Source: Lama glama
Lineage: Eukaryota
Direction: 5' to 3'
DNA: 64,000 nucleotides
NCBI GenBank assembly: GCA_028534125.1
Contig: CM052817.1
Coordinates: forward strand, 38,504,001 to 38,568,000
Position numbers and translations under genes: made by a program. Position 1 is the stretch's first letter, and each line of letters starts with the position of its first letter. Under the pieces are notes generated by a model, which searched no databases, was not told where the DNA came from, and worked only from the letters and a program-made list of their open reading frames with translations. Positions 51,360 through 62,305 of this stretch are shown piece after piece.

Positions 51360-52100
51360 ATTACACTTGTGCTACTGTCTAGGCAATTTTTTTTATTTGG
51401 AAATGAGAAAACTAGCTCTAAAGACAGTTTGTTTTCTAAATATGATTTTATACAACAATTGCCAAATAATTATATTTATAGTGGTACATGCTCATCCAAA
51501 TGTCCTTAAGCTGGAGAAGCCCACCATCTGCCCTGCACACCATTTGGAATCAGAATAGCTATTTGTGAGTCATAATGACCAAAGGCTTCTGGCCACACAC
51601 TGCCAGGCTCACCCCCTCACTCCTGCTGTTAACAGGCAGGCTGATGACACCAGAACTAATTCCTCCAGGAGTCACAAAGGACCTGATATCCTTAAAACAG
51701 TCAATAGTTTGGGTCTTAGAGGATATTCACATTGTGACACACACACAAATATACACACATCTAGTTTTTTCTATAAATAAAACTTGAAAGGAAATTTAAT
51801 ATGTCAATAGTTAGTTCTAGGATATTGTTCTCTTGCAGCATTAAGCCAAGCATGTTTCTCATAAGCTAAGTTTATTACAGCTCAGGCAATACCCAATTTC
51901 AAAAAGCAATAGTCCACCTATTATGTGAAACAAACTGGGGTAGATTCTTTATTTAAAAACTCAGGAAGTTCACCATCTTTTAAAGGAGACAGATACAATC
52001 CAAATAATTATGAAATTGTGATTGCAATCACAGCATTCTATAAAAGTGTATTAACTGGTCTTCAAGTGGACCAGCATTATTGCTGGGCTAGAAAAATTGA
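51360..52100 (+). pseudogene. Decayed Crypton-like YR exon, unit 20
   Basis: HLCYCLGNFFYLEMRK (51364; cf. LCRVLRSFYAEAR), KGFWPHTARLT, NSLGLRGYSH (RG at 51718), STYYVKQTGVDSL. Confidence 0.7.
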
Positions 52101-53379
52101 ATGGAATAATAAATGTGAACTGATTGTTGAAAGGGCAGATCCCACTCAAGCTGTGTAGGGTAGAGGGTATTTTAAGTAGATCCTCAAAGTATCTTAAGTC
52201 AAGTCGGGATTCCTATGATTAAGAATTGAACTTGAAAAGCCAGTCACAATCACACACTCCATCAGGCAGCATTCACACAAGCATTAACATAGCCTTTACT
52301 TCTTTTCTCTGCATCTTCCCTCACCATGACTGCATGTGGCCAACAAGTCCACAGGTCCCAGGTCTACATGATCTCCTGGGTCCAGTGCCTACCAGTTTGT
52401 TTGAATCAAGCTCTGTTTCCCAGCTCCAAAGTCCAAGCTTGGCCTGGGTCAGATGTCCGTCTATGGTCCAGTTAGCCACAGCATGATGGATGAAGTCATG
52501 TGGTATATAAGGCTACCCCTTCCAGGGATTAGAGGAAGACAGATTCCCCAAGGAAAGGGTGTGTGTAGGGAAAGGATGATTGGCATCTCTACCACAAAGG
52601 CATTCGTTACTCATGGTCCCACATGTCCCAGCCTTTGCACTTGGACAGCTCCCAACACACCACAGCATATGCCAACAATTATCTCAGGAGTGGACACACT
52701 GTGGTATCAGCCAGCCTTGGCATTGCCTTGAGAGTGTAAGTAATAAAACACCTCCATCATACGACTGTGTGTTAATTAGCATGTGTGAGGTCACAGAAGG
52801 CTCTCTTGAGGACTCGGTAGTAGTATAAAATTCTTGCCACATTCCCTATAATTATCCCAATGGGAAGTCAAATATTCCACATTCATAAGTCAGGCTTCTT
52901 AAAGCAAAAAAGAAAAAATAAGTAACTTTACTACAAGAAGAAGAAATCACACACAGTTACCCATATACAGAATAAAAACAGATGGGTTTGCATGGATTAG
53001 TGAGTGGCTTCCTATACTCTTTGTGAGTATTTCTGCTCAGCCACTTGAGGTCAGTGTTTCTTCCTATCATTCTGAAGTCTGCATTCTCTCAAAACCCAAA
53101 ATATTTCTACATCTGATCCAAGTTGACTTTCCTTTTCCTGTCCCTCTTGATCTCTGCTGTGTTTGACAATTCCAGCTAGTATCTTTTCTGATTTCCAGAT
53201 CCTCACACAGATCCCCAAGTTATCCTTGAGCCATTATTTCTGGGGTCCAGAGCCATCTCCCTTTACTATATAAACCAATCATAATTCCCCTATTCACTAT
53301 CAGCTCCTATTTCTATTGGTATATATTACCAATATACACCAACAAGAAGCCTGTAGGTAATTAAGCACCTGATTTTACT

Positions 53380-53570
53380 GGTCTGGATAGTAATTTCAAT
53401 GGGGAAAATTCATATTTTGTCCTTAATTTATTGATACTCAGTGTTGGCTCTGAAAGTATTTTGTTACAACAAACGTGAGCATCACATTCTACTCTTCTTC
53501 CTGAACGTTCAAGCAACAAGACCTTTAAACTACTGGACCAAATGAAAGAATGAAAAGACAAAAGATCTTT
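53380..53570 (+). pseudogene. Decayed DUF3504 fragment, unit 21
   Basis: NGENSYFVLNLLILSVGSESIL...PE..LLDQMKE (53398; cf. ZMYM NGENYAPDSIYYLCLGIQEYL). Confidence 0.5.
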
Positions 53571-53959
53571 TTTTTTCCTAAATAGACATAGGTCATAAGA
53601 AATATTTGAGAATGAGTAATAGATATGATATCAAGAAATGGCAACTAAGGAAATAGTTACTTTTATACATTTTCAAAGCAATGCTATTTATTCAGCAGTT
53701 CAAATAGTCATGATTTAAAGGAGAGCAGAGTCCATTTATTCATAAACACCATTTATAAATGCCTACCTTACACAGATGCTATGCAAGAACAAATTAAAGT
53801 TTAAAATCCTATCTCTTGGGAACTTTAGAGTCTAATTGAGAAGGAAATGCATATTAAAGAGAAATAATCACTCTCAACTTTTAGGGACCCTGAACACATT
53901 CTATAACATTTTAACCAGCTAAAAGGGTTATGCCTTTTTTCTCCCCACTTGATTGATAA

Positions 53960-55270
53960 CATAGCTAAGCATAGAATTCCAGATTGGAAAACATCTCAAT
54001 TAGAATTTTGAACATGTCACTCCATTATCTCCTAGCATCCAGTGTTGCTCATGAGAAGACACCTGCAATTTTAAATTCTGGTCAATTTTTTTTCCTCAAC
54101 AGAAACTTTTGGGAGTTTCTCTTTGTTCCCAGTGTTTTGAAGTTTCATAATGATGTATCATAACATGAATCCTTTCCTCATCCTTTGTTCTCAGTGGTCC
54201 CTATCAATCTGGCAATTTGTATCTTTCAAATAAAATATATTTTCCTGATATGTAACCCCAATTGCTTATTCCCCCCTATCTTCTCTTTTCTGTTTATTCT
54301 ATTATCTGGACAGAGGATCTCTTGAACTTACTTTCAAATAGTTGAGAAAGTATAAGAAAATGTGTATCTCAACCTCTTTGTTTTACTCATAAAATTTCCT
54401 CAAATACACCTTTCATTTTATTGAATTTTTAATTTCTAATTCCATAGTTTTTATTTCTAAGAATTCTAGTTTGTCTACTCAATGTCCTTTTTTTGTTTCA
54501 TTTAAGGAATATATTTTCCCCTCTATTTAGGGATATTAATTACAGCTTTCTTATTTTTCTTTGCTCTTTACATTTTTTTCCCCTATGTTCTTTACTTATA
54601 CTTATTCGTTTTGGCCTCTGCACATTAAGAAGCTGCCTCAAATGTCTATCGATACTTGCTTGCCTGTTCTTTTTAAGCATGAGACACTAAAAGGCTGAGA
54701 GGATGTTCTGTGTGTAGGTGGGACTTGCTGACTGCTTCACTGATGTGGGTCAGTGGTGCCGTTTCACGGGGCCTCCAACAGGCAACATCTGTAGACATCT
54801 TCTCTTGGACTGCTAAATTTCACCAGAGGGAAACCCTCCAATTCACCTACGAGTCCGGCAGTATTATCAGAGCTGATTTAGGAAATGAGGGGAAGGGAAT
54901 GCTATTGTACAGTATGTAGATTTTAATTTAATATATTTGTTTTCTGTATGTTTCCCCTGCTTTCAGTTGAGCCTAAGACCAGAGTCTGTTTGATTCAAAG
55001 TCTGTGTAAATTAAACCTCTCATTTGCTATGAGCATGGAGAAGGGGCTCAGCAAACTGCTGGAGGGGACCAAGGGACCTAACTGTTTTTATACAGACTTT
55101 CAACCAATCCTCATATTTTCAGCCCTGCCTGTACCCACTCTCTCTTTTCACAAGTACCTGAAATTCCTAAGCCTTTCTAGGGCTTGTGGCAGACTAAGCT
55201 GACCCCTGTGTTTCCTCCACTGCTAGCTTGGGTGGCAGATTCCTCTTGTCTTCTTCATCTGTTATTATTC
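53960..55270 (-). mobile_element. Old L1/HAL1 5' region
   Basis: Antisense ORF1-type motifs (ctccattatctcctagcatccagtgttgct..tgagaag; tttcataatgatgt; tttcattttattgaattttt). Confidence 0.6.
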
Positions 55271-55279
55271 ATATATATA

Positions 55280-55776
55280 GGTAATATAAAGATGGTCATA
55301 AATTTTTTTGCCTCATTTGTTCTATAGAGACTATTACTTTGACAAATAAAATATAGCAGAAATGGAACTGTGCCAGTTGTCGGACCCGGGCGTTACAGAG
55401 TGACGTCTCCATATCTGGTCTCTTGGACATTCATGGTAGGTGCTCTGAGGTAAACAATCCAACCGCCCTGCAGGAGAGGCAACATGGAAGGCCCGACTGA
55501 GACCACATGGCGAAGGAAAGAGACCCAGCTGAGCCTTAGCTGCTGCTGCTAAGGTGCATGAGTAAAGTACCTTGGCTAGTCCAGATCAGCCCTGCTGCCA
55601 GATAAATACCCCTGAGAGATCACAGTCATGCTACATGAAATGGAAGAATCACCCAACTGAACCCTGCCCAAATTTTTGAGCATAAAAAAATTGTGAAGTG
55701 TGATAAAACAGTTGTCATTTTAATCCATTAACTTCTGAGATAGTTAATAGCTCTGCAGCCACAGATAACCAGAACA
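55280..55776 (+). mobile_element. MaLR solo LTR (MLT1H-like)
   Basis: gcagaaatggaactgtgccagtt...agaatcacccaactgaaccctgcccaaat...cagataaccagaaca. Confidence 0.75.
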
Positions 55777-55849
55777 ATCTGCTTTCCCCTTCCAAACTAG
55801 CTTGCAGTTTTCCCTTCTCCTGGTCTTCTTGTCCTGGGGGCTTATGACT

Positions 55850-56500
55850 TTTGTTTATAATTTCAACAGAGTTTTCAATGGAGGTAACAGTGAATGCATA
55901 TATGCTATCTACCATGCTTAAGGGGAAGTTGCCTCATTTATTCTTTGATCTCTTTTATATTCTAAAGTCTGACTTATTTTTGATATATTTCATCGTCAGG
56001 TTTTTGTTAGATTTTTTTAAATCTGAAGGGAAATTCTGACGACATAAGCTATCCCTTCCATTAATTATACTTCCACAAACGAAATTCTCTCTGATAAAAC
56101 AATTACATTCCTTCTGGTCTACCAACACATCTGCAATACTAAGATTGAGCTATATTTGTAATAAAGTTTAGCATTCATTATTTTTCCCTAAAAAGCCTAT
56201 GACAGATAACAGTAATGAATTTAATGCCACATGTCAACTCATTTTACAGAACTAAAGAGACTGTCCTTTCTGAAAATCTAGTTAAAGAAATGTCTAATCT
56301 CATCTTTTAGCCCTATTCCTGATAGGATCCATCAGCACATGGTAAAAATTGGATCAAATGCATGCTTTCTGGCATGCACTAGCAGCCAGCAAGCTCATGC
56401 ATTCGTGTGTGAAATACACCCAGCATTTCAAATAGACAGAGATGCCACTTGAGAAGGAAACACACCAGTGATTGGGATCCCAATCATTCCTGCACTCCAA
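55850..56500 (+). pseudogene. Decayed DUF3504/YR exon, unit 22 (partial)
   Basis: IISTEFS, DCPF (56259), STW*K, KYTQH (56412; cf. YTNH). Confidence 0.4.
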
Positions 56501-56881
56501 CCCAAATTGTAACACGTGATCCTCTTTAGGAGCAAGACATTAGGTGGGAGTATAACCAATAACAGATGCTCTGACTGCTATTTCCCTGGAAGTAGGCATG
56601 TCACTCACATATGGCTAAACAGCAATTACAGTGATTTAGGGATTTATACGAGTCAGTGACTCCTGCTACCATAAGCCTGATTATAACAGAGAATCAGGGA
56701 GTCGGGGAAGAGGAAGGAAGGATAACCCTAGATTTGTCTGTATTTCTAGGTGGGTGCTCAACAGACATCAGTTCCCTGCCCTACTCTTTTGCCCCCAGCG
56801 TGGAGCTATCTGATGAACCCCATAAATGGAGCCAATTCAAGAAAAGGGAAAAAACAATGATTCTGGAGACTGTGCTGTAGT

Positions 56882-57050
56882 CCAGAGCTTCTCAAATACA
56901 CTGTGCATACAAATCACCTAGGACTTGATTAAAATGCAGATTCTGATTCATTGGGTCTCACTGGTGCTGAAATTCTCCACTTCTAACAAGATCGGAAGTT
57001 ATGCGAGGGCTGCAGGTCCACAGAACACACTTTGATAAGTAAGACCATAG
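56882..57050. mobile_element. MER5-type MITE
   Basis: cttctcaaa..gtgcatacaaatcacctagg..ttaaaatgcagattctgattca..ttctaacaag..cacactttga. Confidence 0.8.
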
Positions 57051-57207
57051 CCAGTTGTTTACACATCTCTTTTCCCTCAATAAATTTCAGAACTTATCCT
57101 CCCAGTGTACCAACAAAATTCAAAAAAGGTTTTGCTGAAAGTTTAGGGCAAAATACCACAGCATAGCATCTTAAAAACTAAACGTGTATGTATCCCTAAA
57201 TATCTTA

Positions 57208-57290
57208 GTTTTTTTTAATTGAAGTACAGTCAATTACAATGTGTCAATCTCTGGTGTACAGTACAATGTCCCAGTCATGCATATACATAC
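57208..57290 (-). mobile_element. LINE-1 3' terminus
   Basis: tttttttaattgaagtacagtcaattacaatgtgtcaatctctggtgtacag. Confidence 0.8.
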
Positions 57291-57739
57291 ATTATTATTT
57301 TGATTTGCTTTTTTGAGCTTTATAAAAATGTTATCATCTAGTATATAATCTTCTGAGACTTGCTTTTTTTCCTTCATGTTTGTAAAATGTCCATACAGTC
57401 GCAACTCAACAATAAAGATAACGTTCTGATTCTTAGGCTGGCTGATAAGTCCACAAATGTTCATTTTATTATTATAGTTCAAAAGTTAAACATCACTATA
57501 TATTCTTTTATATGTACCAAGAATTACTTTCTAAAAAACATTTTAACTAAATAGTTGGTACTGCCATTGTTAAAGTGCCTACAGAAATGTCTTATTTCTG
57601 ATCATCCCTTCCACGGAGTCCCATTGAAGATCACATTATCGGATTCCAATCTCCCTCCCTCTCTCCTCTCATTTGCTTTCCTTTAATTAAAGCTCTTAAC
57701 CTTTCAATCCCTATTACTGATTTTTTCTACATAACATTA

Positions 57740-58135
57740 ACTTGTGACAGACAGTCCCAGTATCTCAGCAGTTTTATACAATAATACAATATTCTTGCTC
57801 TTATTAAATTCAGAGCTAAAGTTCCCAGCCAGGAGATCTCCTGGGCAGCTCCTCTAAGCAGTCAACTCAAGATCAGGATATTTCCATTGTGTGTTCCACC
57901 GTCTCAAAAGCCTTCCTCTCCTGCTATGTGGTTAGGGGGAAAATTGAGGAAGATTGCATAGCGACTTTTATGGCCAGGACTGGAAGTGGCATATATCACT
58001 TCCACTCACATTCCATCGGAAGACCTCAGTGACACAAGGGGATAATGGGAAATATGTTTTCTTGTGTGCCTGGGGTAAAAGTAAAATAATTTCATGAACT
58101 AAAAAAAAGAAAATTACTCATGTTCCCTGCCACCA
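57740..58135 (-). mobile_element. MaLR LTR fragment (MLT1-like)
   Basis: tatggccaggactggaagtggcatatatcacttccactcacattccat. Confidence 0.65.
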
Positions 58136-58299
58136 TGCATAAGTGCTTAAAAGCTAAATTCTTGGTAAAATTCATGAAATGAATTGTTATGGGTAGTTAT
58201 CCATGAAAAGGAAAATAATTTGACTTCATACACCTGGCTCCTGAATAGCTGCAAAATATTTTGAAACTCCATTTTGTTTCATTGGTTAAAAAAATTTGC

Positions 58300-58747
58300 C
58301 TATATACCTCTTAAATATTTCAAGTTCAGTTCCAGAACTGCAATAAAGCAAATATCACAATAAAATGAGTCACATGAATGTCTTGGCTTTCCAGTGCATA
58401 TAAAGTATGTTACACTATACTGTAATCTATTAAGTGTACAATAGCATCATGTCTTAAAAAAAAACGCACATACCTTACTTAAAAATACTTTATTACCAAG
58501 AAATGTTAGTCATCATCTGAGACTTCAGCAAGTCATAATCTTTTTGCTGGTAGAGGGTTTGAAATACTGCAAGAATTACTAAAATGTGACACAGAGACAT
58601 GAAATGAGCAAATACTGTTGAAAAAATGGCACTGATAGACTTGCTTGATGCAAGATTGACACAAACCTTCAATTTGTAAAATTAAAAAAAAATGCAGTAT
58701 CTGTGAAGTGCAATAAAGTAAAGCACAATAAAATGAGGTATGCCTAT
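58300..58747 (-). mobile_element. Tigger1-derived non-autonomous element
   Basis: Both degenerate TIRs (atacctc... / ...gaggtatgcct) and Tigger1 subterminal sequence. Confidence 0.88.
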
Positions 58748-59016
58748 CACTGAAACTCAATCAAATATTCATCGAGGACTACATTAGGACCTTTGGGGAA
58801 TACGAAAAGGAAATCATAGTCCCTGTTCTCTGAAGGCTTATACTCCAGTTAGGAAGAAAAGGTACTAGCTGTGCAATGATTTATAATCTAAATATCAATT
58901 TTAAAATAACATAAGACCGATCGCCAAATGATTGTTGCAGATTTATGGAATGTAAGTTTTGATAAGGAAATGGTAAATTATGGCTAGGGAAATTTGGAAG
59001 AGTTTAAAAAGTTACA

Positions 59017-59058
59017 TAGATAGATAGGTAGACAGACAGATAGGTAGATGGATAGATA
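59017..59058. repeat. (GATA/GACA)n microsatellite
   Basis: Directly visible. Confidence 0.85.
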
Positions 59059-59089
59059 TAAAAGAACCTTTTCTCCAAGAACTACAAGG

Positions 59090-59700
59090 CACTCTTGCAA
59101 TGCACAGAAGACTACAGACAGAAATTAACATATTTTTATTTTATTAGCTTGACCTATGCTGCCATAGGCCCATTTATCCTGTGGCTCATCTCCTAGTATA
59201 GTTTATGCTCCAGTAAAAATAAGATACTATAATGTCCTACTCTAACTGTTATTCTTCCAGTTTATGTTTAAAATGCCCTTGGTAATAAGAAAACAGGCAG
59301 GTTCATTTATTCCTTAGGGCCTCTAAATTCAGTAGACAACATCCTGTATTGCCCTTAAAATTAATCACATCCTATAGTATCTCAAAATGAACTTTAGCAA
59401 ATAATGCAGCTGTGGTAAAATTTGCATATCAGATCTACAGTGTATTCAAAGCTTCTATTTCCCCCATCTCAGCATTTCTCTCCTAAATGAGATTGTGTAT
59501 ATCTGATAAGAGCAAAGGTGGAGTGCACAGCAAGGAATGTCAGCCTTAATAAAAGGAACATATATGTGACTTTTTCTTGTCCTCTGGGACCACGGTAACA
59601 ATGTTCAAGCAGATGGAGACACAGCAAGTTGCAGTTGCCATTTGGGGCAGGACACCTACGTTATCTAGCAAGATCCGATTTTCTCTTACTGGCAGTTTCA
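59090..59700 (+). pseudogene. Decayed DUF3504 exon, unit 23 (partial)
   Basis: SCNAQKTT...IF, VIRKQAGSFIP*GL (59282), KSKGGVHSK...KEHICDFFLSSG. Confidence 0.45.
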
Positions 59701-60399
59701 TAACAGGATGATGGATCCATTTAGAACTACTGAAGGGAAAAGTTGTGGCTCATGTTCATCAAAATCAATATCACTCCAAATTCTAAGACAGAGGGACTAG
59801 CCTAAGAAAAAAACCCAAAGGAAATCCACCCTAACCTTTCGCTGACCTCTCCCATCCCATGAAAACTCTTTTCTCCTGCTCCCCATTACAAGCACCTGAT
59901 AGTCTCCAGTTCCCTTCCTCTATCAAAATGCTCCCTTAGGAAGAGGTCTGCCACTATCTGTATCTGAGTGATGTACTTTTCAAGGAGGAAGGAGGAAGAA
60001 TGTAGAGCAGCTGCTGGGAACAATGTGGCTACAGATAGTGTCTCAGAGTAAAACTCAGGCCACGCATTGAGAAAAGTACGCTTGATTCAGAGTAGAAGAC
60101 TTTCATACTGAAACAGACACACAAACAGAGTAGAATCTACTTTTAAATGAATTCTAAACATAAATTCTCAGATTAGGGCAGATTGGCTTCTGGATCCAAA
60201 TCACTGCTACCTCCAACTCAGGTCTGCATGTATGTATTTACCTTACTCTACTCTGATGATACTTAGGTGGAAAAGTTTGAGAAGCACTGTCTTCATACTT
60301 GTACTGTTTGGATCTATTTAATTTTCAATCCACTCATTACTTTCCAGTGAGTCAAGAAGCAGATGTTGTTATTTACCTATGTCACATATAGGTAACGAC

Positions 60400-60580
60400 T
60401 GTGTAGCACAGGGAGCTATATTCAATACCTTGTAATAGTCTATAATGAAAAAGAATATGAAAAGGAAAGATTTCTATACATATAACTGAATCACTATACT
60501 GTATACCAGAAATTAATTCAACATTGTAAACCGACTATATTGTTATTACATAAGTAAATTAACTAACATCAAAAAAAGAG
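60400..60580 (+). mobile_element. LINE-1 3' UTR terminus
   Basis: tagcacagggagctatattcaatacctt..ataatgaaaaagaatatgaaaagg..caacattgtaaaccgactata. Confidence 0.85.
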
Positions 60581-61329
60581 AGAGAGAGAAGGAGATCTGT
60601 ATAGGAAGCTCTCTTTTCCATAGAGCAATGCTTCTTACCTTTTTTCTGCATGAAGCTGGGGATAAGACACCCTTCAATGAGTAATACAGAGATTGATTCT
60701 CAGCAGAACATCAGAATATTGGCAGAAAGTTAATTCTGATCTTTCCCTCAGGAGGGAGTTCTCTATTACCTCACCCCACAATTCTACCTATTCATTTAGC
60801 CAATCAGCATGTAAAGTCTGCTCTCTGTAAGTGAAATGCTATACAATCATTAAGAAACTTACATATGTTTTAGGTTGGGAAAAGGAAAGACAGTGAATAG
60901 TCCATTGTAACATAATACAACAATCAAAATTTATAGACCTTTGAAAAAACAATAAAATATGTCTGAAAATCAAAAGAATAAAAAAGAAATTAAAGCAGAC
61001 CCTGGGATGATTCCAATATTGGAATTAGCAGAAAGGTTCCCTTATAGTCTTCAGGCATCACCATTCCTGTCTCAACCTAACCACAAATGAGTCATATGGG
61101 AGACCAGGAAACACAGCCTACAGGGCTCAGACCCCAGCATACAACACACAGCAGGGTATGAAGGAGAAGGAATCTGAGGACAAATAGTCTGGGACCAGCA
61201 CAGAAATCATACAGAAAAGGACTATAGAAAGAACATTAGGTCTGGCAAGCGTGAAGTCAGAAACATCCTTACTAGCAGTAAGAGGACCACTGATGTGTCG
61301 TATCCCCACCACTAATGGTTTAAAAGGTA

Positions 61330-61560
61330 GAGAAAGTCCTGCAGTTTCTCATCTCCTCTGAACTGAATTTTTAAATTCCCTATAGATAGCATTGATCACC
61401 GGTAGCAGCACCTTAAAGAACAAGGGAGGCATCAGGCATGCATTCGTGTACTTTTCTTATGGACAAAATTTACACAGTGGTTTGCTAGGCAATCAAAGTG
61501 AAAGTAACCATGAGCCATTTTTATCATTGCTCTTTTGAGTCCTGATCTAATACCAACTTT
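61330..61560 (+). pseudogene. Decayed DUF3504 fragment, unit 24
   Basis: LL*TEFLNSL (61362), HLKEQGR, SGLLGNQS (61476) in the expected order. Confidence 0.45.
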
Positions 61561-62029
61561 CATACCCTTGCCTAGCTCAATTTCTCTCTTCACTGACCTT
61601 TTGCTACTTGTTTTTTCGTTTGTTTTTCTCTTCCATCTTCACCTTGCCCATTAGCTTTCTTCCTCCTTAAGACTTTGTCTTGTCAAATAAGAACTCTTCC
61701 TTGAACTGCATCTTGAAATTTCCTTCCTGTCTTGTCCTGATCCCTGCCATGCCAATGCTTCCCTTGGATATCATTCCACAGGCTCTCCTCTCACTGGTTT
61801 TCCTGACCTCAAAGGTGGAGTAGACCACTTTTTAAAGACATCTGTATCAAAAGGGAAATAATAGTGCAATCAACCAACCACCTTAAGCTAAATTTCAGGA
61901 ATTTCTGGCTTCGATGTGTTCTAAACAACTCACCCATTAAAAAAGAAGGACATTTTGCCATTTGTGACCCTTTATTCACTTTTTTTTTTTCACTTCAAAA
62001 GCTAGAATTTTATAACCGGCAGAGACATT

Positions 62030-62305
62030 TCCATTACATCAAAAACAACAAAATACTTAGAAATAAACTTAACCAAAGAGGTTACCTATACTTTGAAAAT
62101 CAAAATGACACAAAGAAATGCAAAGATTTCTTGTCCTCTTAGATTGGAAGAATCAACACTATCAAAATGGCCACACTACCCAAAGCAATCCACAGACCCA
62201 GTGCAACCCCCATCAAAGTACTCACGACATTCCTCACAGAACTAGAACAAACAATTCTAAAATTTATAAGGAGCCACAAAAGACCCCGAACAGCCAAAGC
62301 AATCT
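62030..62305 (+). mobile_element. LINE-1 ORF2 internal fragment
   Basis: [46 protein letters not shown]. Confidence 0.92.

Noticed and set aside
53361..53561. Minus-strand ORF/exon candidate
   Set aside because: No known product; the opposite strand carries the DUF3504-like motif.
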